Assembly: GCA_030265395.1 (NCBI GenBank)
Contig: JARFYF010000061.1
Coordinates: forward strand, 18,754,257 to 18,818,256
Direction of reading: 5' to 3'
Source: Rhina ancylostomus
Taxonomy: Eukaryota
Length of the DNA stretch: 64,000 nucleotides
Both the position numbers and the translations under genes were made by a program. This document shows positions 37,931-49,695 of this stretch, piece by piece; positions within the stretch are counted from its first letter, which is position 1; the number at the start of each line of letters is the position of its first letter. The notes under the pieces were generated by a model that was not told where the DNA came from, ran no database searches, and was given only the letters and a program-made list of their open reading frames with translations.

Positions 37931-40900
37931 CAGTGGGTATTTCTGAGTAAACATCTTAAAATATTTCTGTTTATGTAAAACTTTTTTATATGCTATGTCT
38001 ATTTCCAGAATTTACAGTATTTGTGGAGAAAACTTGCCAAATTAACATACAATGCAAGAACCAACACTGACTAATTTGCATTGTTTTTTTCATACTTTCA
38101 TCTCAATCGCTTATCTTTATTCCTTGTTTGAAACAGCATTTGCTTTTCTGTGATGTTATTAAGGAAAATGAAAGCAAATGAGAACAGTATACATGAATTA
38201 GTTTATTAAGTAATTCATCCTTAACAATGAAATTATTTCCCCAGATTAATGGATAAATTAAGGCCTATGGATGCTGGGTATTATTGCTTAGAAGGAAAAG
38301 GCAGGTAAATCTATTTTATTTTCAAAATGTACCTTTGAGACAGTTTTTCTGTTGACCTTACAATCCGCTATTTTTAATGCAATCCCACCTTGTTAAGAGT
38401 ATGCTGCCATACTTCAGTAGCAAAATAAATGTATTAATAAGTATGATTTTCCTTAGCATTAAAATGCTTAATTTGATTTTGTCTGGGATATATGAATATA
38501 GAGCAATGAAATAATGTACAAAACGGCTCATATTTCAAAATGCAAGTCAGTCCCTATTATAAATAAAAAAAATTATGGAAGACAATGAACATCATCTTAT
38601 ATTTTCAAATGAGCTTCATATCTATTAAAAACTTATCATTGTGCAATGCTAGTTGTAAAAGCCTGTCTGATTGATTGTATTGGTGTGACAAAGAGTTACC
38701 TAAGGATGCAGTCATCTGCATGAACACTATACTGTAGAAGTTGGTGACTGGTAACTGTAGCTAGTTTTTTGAGAGAGCTGATAATGATAGGATTTATTAT
38801 GATGTCTGGATCAGATTACAATTTTTGACCTGGATAATGAAAGCCAGTAACTGCTGAAGAGAATATTGGTAATCATTAATAAATTGCATGCACGGGAAAT
38901 TTTCTGGGATGTTTTAGTAACTTTTTTAATAACATTTTTGCATATATTAGATTGACTAAATAAAACAAAAATAGTAAAGAATTCTACTTATGTATTGTAG
39001 TATTAAGTTTAATCAAAATGTTGAAATACACAGTACAAAGACCTTTTATTTTCAGTGTAATTGGATATTTTTGGCATGTTTTGGTATAGGCACTGGTAGG
39101 AGTGAAGGATTTTAATATCAGAAATGCCACAATAAAATTACACAATCAAGCAAATCATAAATGGTTAAAATAATTACTAAGACTTATTAAAACAATGAAT
39201 CTTTCTATTTCAGTATGCTTTAAAGTTATAGATTTAAATGATGGCATTTTTGTACATTCTGTTATTTTTAATAGAAGTACAAAATATAAGCTGCAAAGTG
39301 AAATAAGGCAGACAATGGCAGAAAAACATAGCATTTCCATTTGCTTTGGGAAAAGGAAAGGGCAAATTAATATTTCAGATACAAACCTTTTCTTATAATA
39401 GTTCCCATCAGAAGCCTACTGCTCCTGTATCATTGTTTTATGTTTTATTATAATAGAGTCTGGCATATCTACAGTGTATACCTGTATTTTCTGTTTTAAT
39501 TTTCCCAATAATTTTAGTGTCAAAATATGTCTGAATATGTCAACGTACAGATTGTACAGACACCCTGCTAGCCATTCATGGACAAATTAGTCTGTTGCGT
39601 AGTATATATGTAATCTTTACACTTTGAAGTTGGAATTATATTCATATCATGAATATATAATAACCAGTTAAAAAAAGCTGAGTTATGAAATAAAAGTAAC
39701 TGGTTGCTGTAAAATGCTGAATAATAATTATAATTGAAATAGAAAAAAATAACAAAATCAAAATAAACATAATTCTCTTGTTCATATAAATTTTGTTGTC
39801 TTGGAAAAATATAATTCTATATTTTAATAATCTAACTATCCTGTTATGCTTTTTATTAAATTGGAGACAGCTTAACCAGTGAATGCCAAAAATATTAACA
39901 TTTATAACTCCAATATTCAAGTTGACAGATGAGCAAACTTTCAACTGAATTGATTAAAACACAGCAAAGCAATCTGCAAAAGGAAGTAAAGGGAATATAA
40001 AGTTGCCACTGCTTATGGGTAACAACAGGATCCGTCAAGGTAGATAAGTGATGCAAGGCAGAAAGCTGCTAAGTTTTTGTACAGTCAGATTCTGTCAAAT
40101 TCACAGTCAGCCAAGCAGCTCAAAGGTGACACCTGGAGACTATGCTTCAGACCATTTCTTCTTGATGGGGGTGTCTTCTGTATGAGAGTTATTACCTGGC
40201 ATAATAGCATATGGTAAAATGTAAACAACATCTGCATATTCTTGTAATAATTTCATATGTTTAATTAGTTCCAGCAAAGCAGTTTACCCTTAGAGACCCT
40301 CACTGTCAGTGTTGAGATCATACATTTGTGCCCTGCTGTCTGTGCTGACAGGCTTCCATTGTTCAAATGACGCATTCAGCTCACCAGCTAATGTGACTGA
40401 ATCTTCAGAGGGTAAGAGCACATCTCACCAATCCAGCTGTAGGAAAATACGTCTGTCAGTCCAGCAGAATGTGCTAATGGCAGATGTGACAAATCATATA
40501 AATTTGGGAAATGTACATCATGAGGGCCAGAAGTGACTATCCCTTTACCTTTGAATTACAAATAGTGAAGAGACTATTGAGTATATTAATTGGGCTGATG
40601 AATATAATTAAAATTTTGCTCACCATGGTCAATATGTACAGATTCAAACCAAAATTGTGATGTGTTGGGATGTTGGTGGTCTGGGGATGTGGGGATGGAG
40701 GGGCCTAGTGGAATTATTTATTTTTAGCAAAGTACATGTACTTGGGCATGCATAAATATTGTTTGAATTAGGCACAATGGCTGTTGCTAAGTACAAACAT
40801 TTGAAGTCTTCTTTACATGGATTAGATGTAAAGAATAATGTAAATGAGAGAAAGAGAGAGCTTGCCAGAACTGGGTCATGTGTAGAAATAATCCTCACAA

Positions 40901-41079
40901 TCCTGTTGAATCAGTCTTTTGTATAAGTGTCTTGTTTTTATTTTAGGTTCTTCTTTTTACCTAGTTCTTTAACTAAACTTTTAATCACCAAACCAAATGG
41001 CCTAGACATTCTACCATTCACATTCAACTAGCCTGACATAGTTCTCAGGGAATGATGTACGATGGAATATGAAACTATG

Positions 41080-41350
41080 ATCTCACAAGTGGAGATAAAA
41101 AACTCACAGCAATCTTTGAAAATAGGCAGGGGAGTTCTCCTGATATTCTGACCAAATTTATCCTATAATTAACATTACTAGAGCAGGTTATCTGGCCATT
41201 ATCACAATGCTGTTTGTTGCAGCTTGCTATGCACAAATCTGCTGCAATATTTCCTGAATATTAACAGTTACTACACTTCTAAAGAATTCATTGGTGCAAT
41301 CCACATCCTGAAAAGGCTATGAAAAGAGATATATAGATGCAAGTCTTTTA
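41080..41350 (+). mobile_element. DeuSINE-like element, 3' part
   Basis: gcaggggagttctcctgatattctgaccaaatttatcc..ttatctggccattatcacaatgctgtttg..atagatgcaagtctttt; homologous to 49505-49695. Confidence 0.65.
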
Positions 41351-41359
41351 TTCTTTCCT

Positions 41360-41700
41360 TTTTCCCTACAAATGACTATAACTTGTAATACTGACATACT
41401 TTTGTTGTAATAGTATATTCCAAGGCATTTGGCAGGAGAGTTTTCAGAAAAGAAGTTACCAACAAGTCAGAACAGGTGAACATAAGTTTGCTCTAATGGG
41501 TGGGTCTTAAGGAACACTCCAAAAGGAGAGAGAGGTCAAGATGTGGAGAGATCTGTAGAGTGATTCCAGAGATCACAAGTGAAGCATGACCAGCAACTAT
41601 GTAGTGAAGAAAATAAGAGCCTACCCAACAAGTTAAGGATAAAGGTGCACAAATTTCTTAGATGTAGACCCAGAGGAGGTTACAGAGATCAGTAAAGGAA
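41360..41700 (-). mobile_element. Old L2-like LINE 3' remnant
   Basis: gtgggtcttaaggaacactccaaaaggagagagagg..gattccaga pattern resembles antisense L2 ends; recognised from memory only. Confidence 0.4.
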
Positions 41701-41809
41701 CAATGTACAATCATCAAGTCACAGCACAATAACTTGGTCAAAGCCTATGGAAGAAATCTCCACTGTGATGAAGTTACAGTAAATTTAACAGTATCTTAAT
41801 GGTACATAA

Positions 41810-42150
41810 TAATAGTGATTCAGCTGCTGGACTTGTATCCAATGGCTTGAATGATTGATCCATTAGTATGAGCTTGAATCCTACCTTAGCATCTGAGGAG
41901 TTTAAATTAAAGTAACTAAATAAATGTAGAATAAAGAGCCAGAATTAGTAAAGACAATCATGAGACTTCCAGATTATCAGAAAAATCCATCTGGTTCTCC
42001 AATGTTCTTCTATGTCCTTCAGGGAAAAGGTTTGCAATCTCCACCCAATTGATATGACTCACCATAATGGTTGATTATTTACTGCCTCCTCTGTTCAGGA
42101 GCATTTGGCAGTGAACAACAATTGCCAATCCCAACAGTGGCATCAACACC
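41810..42150 (+). mobile_element. Degenerate tRNA-headed SINE-like repeat
   Basis: ctggacttgtatcca..gagcttgaatcctacc head and aaaatccatctggttc..tgtccttcagggaa..atggttga body; antisense relatives at 1600-1865 and 43020-43135. Confidence 0.55.
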
Positions 42151-42337
42151 CACCAAGCAAAAAAAAACAAAATCATCCCCAAATAATTACAGCCAAGATT
42201 TTAATAATGGAGCTATTAGTTGCGTACTTAATAGAGTTGAATGACATTCCACTGTATGTTATCTTAGGGAAGCAATTTAAGGAAAATGTGCTAACATATA
42301 CATCAAAACAACAGATAAAGAATGTTGTAATAATGCA

Positions 42338-42440
42338 TTGTGGCCTATCACTAACATAACCATCAGTCATTTGTGGCCTATCACTAACATAACCATCAGT
42401 CATTTGTGGCCTATCACTAACATAACCATCAGTCATTTGT
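42338..42440. repeat. Perfect 33-bp tandem repeat, 3.1 copies
   Basis: Unit ttgtggcctatcactaacataaccatcagtcat starts at 42338, 42371 and 42404 with no mismatches. Confidence 0.97.
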
Positions 42441-42569
42441 TGAATTGTTCAAAAAGCAATTGGATTGTGTTAATTCTGGAGAGGAACAATAACTCTGTAG
42501 ATAAGATCAGGTGCCTGAAGGAAATTGCCAGCCTTAAATCAGAGTTCTGACGATACTTGAAACCTGATG

Positions 42570-42900
42570 TTGCTCTTGGCTAATTGGTAGCACCCTAATT
42601 TCTGAACCAGAAGTTCATGGGGTCAACTCCATTCCAAGGAATCATATGAATAATCCAGGTAACACCTCAGTGTACAACTAAAGGAGTGCTGCACTGTCAG
42701 AGGTGTTGTTTTGGAGTGGATTGTTAAATTGAAATCATGTTTGAACCCTTAGATGGATGTTTAAAAACACACAAAGTAGGATTTGAATAAGGAAAGAGGA
42801 TTTTTCCAATGTCCAAGCCAATTTATTCCTTAAAACAAAATAGATTAAAGAAAAACGCTGATAAACTGCTCTCCAGTTGTTTGGAAATCTCAATGGTTCG
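42570..42900 (+). mobile_element. DeuSINE-like (SacSINE1-related) element with tRNA-like head
   Basis: tggctaattggtagcacc head, ggagtgctgcactgtcagaggtg Deu-like motif, tgtccaagccaatttattcct. Confidence 0.65.
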
Positions 42901-43019
42901 GCATTTAGATCACTGGGTGCTCATTCCCATGCTCCTATTAACACATCACACCCCAGTTCTTGCACTCCCATTAAACTCAGCCAGGCCCTGTTTCCTGCAG
43001 TCCCCTGAAGCTCATCTGG

Positions 43020-43135
43020 AATGTCTTTCTAAGCTATTCCAGAGGCCAATTGAGAGTCAACCACATTGGTGAGGTTGGAGCCTCATATGGGTCAAACCAG
43101 AACAATGGCAAGATTTTCTTCCCTAAAAGACCTTT
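43020..43135 (-). mobile_element. Antisense fragment of the 41810-42150 repeat family
   Basis: gagagtcaaccacattg..agattttcttccctaaaagac is roughly the reverse complement of 42013-42085. Confidence 0.5.
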
Positions 43136-43711
43136 AACTTTGTCCATATTCTTTGTTACTATAATTCATTGCAATACTTTAATAATGGCTTTGTTGTTAC
43201 AGCATTGTTATACAGTCATAGTTGCTATCACTACCTTTGAATATGATTTGTTCTAATAGTACTTGGAACAATCAGCATATTGAACCCATCCCATTATGAT
43301 AATAAAATGTGATGACTGTTTTGGAGACCTTCCAAACTTGTCAAATGAGTACTCAACAGTTAAAACTATTACTTTATGTTAATCAAAGTGATATCTCCCA
43401 CTGAGTCATAACATGAAATTAATATAAACAGATGACTTGGAAAGGTTAGTTGCAATGGATCTTACAGTATATTGATGAGAATTTATTTTGTGATGCGTAT
43501 CATCCACTTTAAAATCACTGAATGAATACAATATCACAGAGTACTTGAAAAACCTTCTTTATAGTCAAAGTAGAGTTTANNNNNNNNNNNNNNNNNNNNN
43601 NNNNNNNNNNNNNNNNNNNNNNNNNNNNNNNNNNNNNNNNNNNNNNNNNNNNNNNNNNNNNNNNNNNNNNNNNNNNNNNTATCCCAGTGTACTTGAAAAA
43701 CCTTCTTTATA

Positions 43712-44022
43712 GTCAAAGTTGAGTTTATTGTCATATGCACAAGTACATGTATGCATAGGTGAAATGACAAACTTACCTGCAGCAGCATCACGGGCACATA
43801 GCATTAGAGACACAACATTCACAAGATAAACATAAATTAAACATAATTTATACAAAATTATACAAGAACAAGCACAATTGGGGAAAAAAAAACAAAGTCC
43901 ATTGTAGTGCAAAGTAGTCATAGTGTTGCTACACTGAGGTAGTGATTAGAGTTGTGCAGGTTAGCTCAAGAACCAAATGATTGAAGGGAAGAAGCTGCTC
44001 TTGAACCTGGTGGTATGGGACT
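43712..44022 (-). mobile_element. Rex1/Babar-like LINE 3' end
   Basis: Minus strand encodes PIPPGSRAASS / TRFKSSFFPSIIWFL (cf. NSFFPSAIRLLN) followed by a 3' UTR ending aataaactc. Confidence 0.7.
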
Positions 44023-44289
44023 ATATTTGCCTTTGCTAAGGTTATAATCATGGACCTTTAATAATTCTTGTTGATTGGCTGAAATATTGACAATTTAACA
44101 ACATTTTGCATGTTTGTGAAGCTCCAGTGAACCCAATTGGAGGGGTGGGGGAAGGAGCATTGATGCAAACAGCTGGGAGATAGTCACCATTGGCCAGGAC
44201 CTCTGGAGGCTGACATTTCAGAAGAGCATCAGTAGAGGGGTTGGTGGGAGAAGCAGAAATTCAGCAGCTAGTAAGAGGGTCCAGAGAAG

Positions 44290-44400
44290 ACAGAGGTTGC
44301 AAATCTTGCAGCTTCTCAGCCCACTGCCCATCATCTGCAGCTTGTGTGCCAGAGTCTACCATGTCAGAGTAAAGCTCACGAGCCACCAACTGGATTCCAT
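44290..44400 (+). mobile_element. Short RTE 3' remnant
   Basis: CSLCARVYHVRVKLTSH resembles the RTE terminal CxxC.R.C.SRIGL.SH motif. Confidence 0.45.
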
Positions 44401-45954
44401 CAACTGGCTGAAAGAAACTTTGAAACCTGGCTGATAAAACCATTAAAGACTATGAGTTCTTTTGAATGTCACTGATATTCAGAACCATTCAAAGATATTC
44501 TAAAACTATAAAAGGCAATAAATCAATCAGATTATAAAATATCAAAAAATAGAAAAATAAATCAAAATGACTGAGACACCTACAAACACTTTTAAACAAT
44601 TGAAGTAATTTATCATAAATCAATCACTTAAAAAATGTAAATTAACTAATAGCTAACTCTTGTACCTCACTGCCATTTCTCCCTTTGAAATGAGTAGGAT
44701 GGTTGTTCATACATTGGATCCAAGCTGGTAAAGATACAGCAGATAGATTTCCTGGCATGACTTCAGCAAGTTTATGTTTCACCATTGCACTCCACATGGA
44801 ATCCAATGTAGGAATGCGGTTAGAAGAATCCCAGGACAGTTAGCCAAGTTCAGGAATTCTGGATTCTCATGAAATCCTAAACTTAATGGAAAGTAGGGGG
44901 AGAAATGCCATCCAGTCAACACGAAACCACTGGCATATGCCTGCAAATTCCAGTCCTTTATGTTGTCTTAGAATGCTATTGTGGGTAAATTGGTGAGGAA
45001 GCAACTTTATTTCCTAAATATCTGAAGGATTCACTACACAGTGGTGGTGTCTAGTTTGCAGTTTCAGTGTGAGGAGAATGTAAATCTCCTATTGCATGTT
45101 CTGTGAGTAGTTTCATCATTTTGCACAGCTGCTGGATGAGCAGCCTACTGATATAGAAAGAGATGTTGACAGAGATATATCAGAAGAGTATTCTTCTGGG
45201 TAATGCAAGGAATCATGGAGAAGCTGAAGGGAGATCAGGAAGCAACACAGCAAGGAAATTGCTGTCTTTTTGCTGTGGTACTTTGCTATAATGGACCTTG
45301 CTTATTTATTTAAATGATGCTGCATCACGCTTCCACGATGCTTATAGAAACAGGAACCTCACTCGTTGAGGAAATTCCCACCCCAATGGCTCTGTCTAAC
45401 TCTTCTGCAGACATACATTATTTAGGAGCATTTTGTGCAGAACATATCCACAAAGATGTGTACTTATCAAGTCAATTTTCAAGTATGATCTGTGCATGTA
45501 GTGTAATGTGTGTGAAAAAACCAAGATGGACCCACCCTCTAAACAAGTGGAGAAAGCCATCTGATGAAACACAGCAATGTCTCATGCGATTCCTCCAAAA
45601 CACAAATTCACTGGAGTTGTTCAACACCTTCAAGCCTATTCAAATAAATATATTTCAACATAAGATAGTTAACCCTGTTTATCATATAGAGAACAAGTTC
45701 AAAAGGATAACATTGTCTAGCAGTGAATTATAGTTGCAGGATAACCTTTGCCAGTCATTTTGCTTAATTATCTAGCCTTATCTTCATTAGCAATTGCACT
45801 GTGCTTTCATTTGATCCTGCAAAGTACGAGGACAAAGAACAAATAATTGTAATGTTACTATTATTGCAACAAATGCAAATACAACAGATTGCCTATATAT
45901 GAAGCCTGTAATGCTGGAAAACATCTCAGGACATTTCACAGAAGAGCAATTTCT

Positions 45955-46117
45955 CAAAATCTTTGGAATTCCCTACTCCAGAAAGCTGTAGTAAACTGAG
46001 ATGGTTAGATTATTGGTCCTGAGGGAATCAGGGGATGAAGTTGAGCCCAGAAATCAGCTGTGACCTTTTGGAATGTTGGTCAGGTTTGAGGTGCTGAATG
46101 GCTGATTCTTACTCCTG
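45955..46117 (+). mobile_element. CR1-like 3' remnant
   Basis: ctttggaattccctactccagaaagctgt..gggaatcagggga..gctgaatggctgattcttactcctg. Confidence 0.55.
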
Positions 46118-46152
46118 TGAAACTGGGGGTAAAAAATAGACCAAAATTACTA

Positions 46153-46248
46153 TGACTGGTCCACCACGGGCACAGCCCCTCCCCACTATCAAAAGCATCT
46201 ACATGTTGTGCTGCCTCAAGAAGGTGACACCTATCATCAAGGATCCAC
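46153..46248 (+). mobile_element. Rex1/Babar-like LINE C-terminal fragment running into a gap
   Basis: PLPTIKSIYMLCCLKKVTPIIKDP matches LP.I..IY..RC..KA..IIKDP.HP. Confidence 0.7.
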
Positions 46249-46739
46249 NNNNNNNNNNNNNNNNNNNNNNNNNNNNNNNNNNNNNNNNNNNNNNNNNNNN
46301 NNNNNNNNNNNNNNNNNNNNNNNNNNNNNNNNNNNNNNNNNNNNNNNNNNNNNNNNNNNNNNNNNNNNNNNNNNNNNNNNNNNNNNNNNNNNNNNNNNNN
46401 NNNNNNNNNNNNNNNNNNNNNNNNNNNNNNNNNNNNNNNNNNNNNNNNNNNNNNNNNNNNNNNNNNNNNNNNNNNNNNNNNNNNNNNNNNNNNNNNNNNN
46501 NNNNNNNNNNNNNNNNNNNNNNNNNNNNNNNNNNNNNNNNNNNNNNNNNNNNNNNNNNNNNNNNNNNNNNNNNNNNNNNNNNNNNNNNNNNNNNNNNNNN
46601 NNNNNNNNNNNNNNNNNNNNNNNNNNNNNNNNNNNNNNATAATAAGTATTTGAGAATGATGACATAGGAAGTGGAGAGATGGAGATGCTGAGGGAGTTAT
46701 TTTCAACATGCAGAGTCTGAAGATGAAAACATTAATACT

Positions 46740-47040
46740 GAGGTGAAGAGGGAACTAATGTACAAGAGACCTGAGTCACAGGGGCACTGTGATCTAGGAA
46801 ATTGCTGGGTTCAAAAGAAGTTAGATAGGGTAAAGTAAGATCATGAAGCAATTAAAAGACACACACTGAACTGGAACAATTGAGGGACAGGAATCAATTA
46901 AGGTCAGAAAAAACAGGGTGAAGTATGAGTTTGGTTTGGTGTGCGGTAGACCACAGGCACAAAGCTTTGGATGAGCTAAAGTTTATAAAGAGTGGAAGAT
47001 GGAATGCTAGCCAAGGTAATATTGAGACAATCTTAACTAA
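46740..47040 (-). mobile_element. Old L2-like remnant
   Basis: Purine-rich tttggatgagctaaagtttataaagagtggaagatgg..gccaagg resembles antisense L2 ORF2 end; recognised from memory only. Confidence 0.4.
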
Positions 47041-47094
47041 AAATGATGGAAGTATTCAGTAGGTCAGAAAATATTTGTTGAGACAAACCGATTT

Positions 47095-47123
47095 AATGTT
47101 TCAAGTCAATGATCTTTCATCTG
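47095..47123 (-). other. Degenerate hammerhead-like motif (Penelope-like remnant)
   Basis: Reverse strand CAGATGA-aagatcattgactt-GAAAC-ATT. Confidence 0.4.
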
Positions 47124-47749
47124 AATCTATATCTTATCCCAGCATCAGCAGTGTGTTCTTTTGAAACAAGCCTGTGGAGAAGTGATGAAGCTATTGGTGG
47201 ATAGGCACACAAGTAACTGTAAATAATTAACGAAGTGGAGCATCTTTATCCAACACAAGTTTCTTCATCATTTTGGACCATCTTTAATCCAAGAATGAAC
47301 CAACCAGATGTGGTTTTAAACTTTATCATGGAGCAGGTATCTTGATGGTTGAATCTTCAGACTCTGCAACATTGGAACAAGCTCCCTCAACTTCACCATC
47401 TTTCCACTTCTGTTTCCTTTGCAATGATTCTCAAAAAAAAACATTTAGGTAATTGGGATCCATCTTTCATACTTTCTCTATTGCCCATTGAAAACAGGGA
47501 CACAGTTTTCAAATACCTTCCACTGGCATTTTCAAATCATTTTTATTTACCCATTTAATCAAGAGCAAGTAGATGCTCAAAGCTTCATGAACCTTCATAG
47601 TGAGACACACTGGAGATCACAGAGCAATGATCAATATGGCTTTCCAGGTCAACAGTGAACCATCAAACTTTAAGTGGGCAGTGGAGGCCACTAAAGGGAA
47701 AGAAGCAAGGTTTTTTTTTAATTTCTTCGTTTGTGCAGCTAGAAAGAGA

Positions 47750-48004
47750 AGGATTACCATCATCACTACTATCAGGGAGGTGGTACAGGAGCCTGAAGAT
47801 CCACACTCAGTGACTTAGGAACAGCTTCTTCCCCTCTGCCATCAGATTTCTGAATGGTCCACGAACCTATGAACACTACCTCGTTATTCCTTTTTTTTTC
47901 CAATATTTATTTATTTTGTAATTTATAGTAATTTTGCATTGTACTGCTGCTGCAAAGCAACAAATTTCACATCATATAAGACAGTGATAATAAACGATTC
48001 TGAT
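47750..48004 (+). mobile_element. Rex1/Babar-like LINE 3' end
   Basis: LLSGRWYRSLKIHTQ*LRNSFFPSAIRFLNG, then 3' UTR ending aataaacgattctgat. Confidence 0.8.
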
Positions 48005-48683
48005 AAACACCCAATCTTCTCCCTCACCCTCATTCCCCACCCTACCATTGTGATTTCCATTCATCAATTACGAAAGGATCAGCCAATAACTGTACTGGTA
48101 ATGGAGGTGGGGATAAGGAAAAAGATGTTGATTAGACCAAGGCTTGTGCAACTGTTGTCTTGCTTTAAATCACAATCTCATCCAATATCTAGTGGGAAGG
48201 TCGAGACAAAGGTCCCCCTTACTCCCACTGCTTTCCCCCAAACGTATTTCATTCTAAGTTATTCCATAAGTTTCATCAGGTCCATAATTCCACAATCAAC
48301 TGAGGGGAAACTTTAGAAACGTATCCTTGTTCCTTTGGCTTCTAATATTTACTTTGTCAGTGTAAGTGGGAGCAGAAATGATATAAATATTGATCACCAG
48401 ATTATAGTGTCTGATCCGGTTATTTTCAAATCTGCTGATTCTTTCAGGAGTCCAAGAATGAGTTGATGCTTCACAAAATTTTAATGGAAAATTTTAAAAC
48501 AAAGAAACAGTCACAGAGCATATGGCATTAGCTTTACTACTTAGGAGATGAGCCGAAACAAAAGGAACTAAAGTTGAGCTTGGGCCAAGAGGAGTGTGTG
48601 GGGGTGGGGTAGAGAGAACAAGAAAGAGATGAAGGCAAGAGAGAGAGAGATAGCGGCAAGAGAGAGATTAACAAAAACGACAC

Positions 48684-48805
48684 CTTTTATACCTGAGATA
48701 AGAGTTACTCCTTAGCTAACAATAGTCCAATCAGGAAACCTGTTAGATACCTGTAGCAAAACCAACCAATGAGAAAACATGTATTGATCTGATGGATGAA
48801 CCAAT
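48684..48805 (-). promoter_or_regulatory. TATA box plus three CCAAT boxes (promoter-like, possibly an LTR U3)
   Basis: TATAAAAG on minus strand at 48691-48684; CCAAT at 48727, 48766 and 48801 in NF-Y-like contexts (gtCCAATcag, aaCCAATgag, aaCCAATaag). Confidence 0.45.
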
Positions 48806-48910
48806 AAGCCAGGAAGCAGCCATTCCTTGTACAGCCACTTGAGGTGTATTAAACATTATACATGTTAAAAAACTACAGTACTTAAAACAGTCAAATCAAA
48901 CAATGATAAA

Positions 48911-49101
48911 CACAAGAGATTGCAGATGCTGGAATCTGGAGCATAACTGCTCGGGAACCCAGTGGGTCAGGCAGCATCTATGGAGGCAAAGGAATTGACA
49001 GTCTTAATGCACAGTCTTGACCTGAAACATCGACTACCTCTCTGCCTCCACAGTTGCTGCTTGGGCCACTGAATTCTTCCAGCAGTTTGAGTTTTGTTCC
49101 A
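48911..49101. mobile_element. Short Penelope-like fold-back element with hammerhead-like motif
   Basis: Starts cacaagagattgcagatgctggaatct like the 19484 element; left arm is complementary to 49040-49101; motif agtc-TTAATGC..GAAAC-ATC-gact at 49000-49035. Confidence 0.75.
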
Positions 49102-49504
49102 ATTGATGACAGGTGTGTAAAATTAAGGAGCAGGGCTGAAATCAAGAAATCTAGGTGCTTAATAGGAGGCTTGACTCATAGATTGAATATCCCCTTTCGG
49201 TCTGGCACCAGCAATTGGCACCAGATCAGGTGGCATCACAGAGTGATGGCAGCAATTGGTTTAACAATACAGCAGATGTCTTTGGCAGACTTCATCAGCA
49301 ATGTCTTGCATAAACAACATTTACTCAATGTACGTATTGGTCAAAACATTGTGGAATCATGTCCCATTCCATTGGCTCTAGCAGAGATGTCTCAGCTGAC
49401 TTTCTGGTGGTACTGATGTGTTCTGCACTCTCATATGTGCTCTCATCAATCCACAGCAAGTCAATGCCGTAATGTTCTTGTGAAGAAAAGTATTTTGCTC
49501 AAAT

Positions 49505-49695
49505 ACCACCACCAACATCACTGAAAAGAAATATCTGATCATTATCACCTCAATGTTTGTGGTAGTTTGCAGACTTATTGACATGTTTCTGATATTACAA
49601 TGATTTATCATGCTGTAAAGAAGTACTTCATCAGCAATAAAATGTTTGGAGATATCCTGAGTTTGTGAAGGAATATTATTGCAAGTCTTTTTTTT
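49505..49695 (+). mobile_element. DeuSINE-like 3' fragment
   Basis: accaacatcact..tatctgatcattatcac..tgtttgtgg..tgcaagtctttt, homologous to 41160-41350. Confidence 0.6.

Noticed and set aside
42173-42550. Repetitive peptide ORFs (MTDGYVSDRPQ)n and (LWPITNITISH)n
   Set aside because: Produced by the 33-bp tandem repeat, whose length is a multiple of 3.
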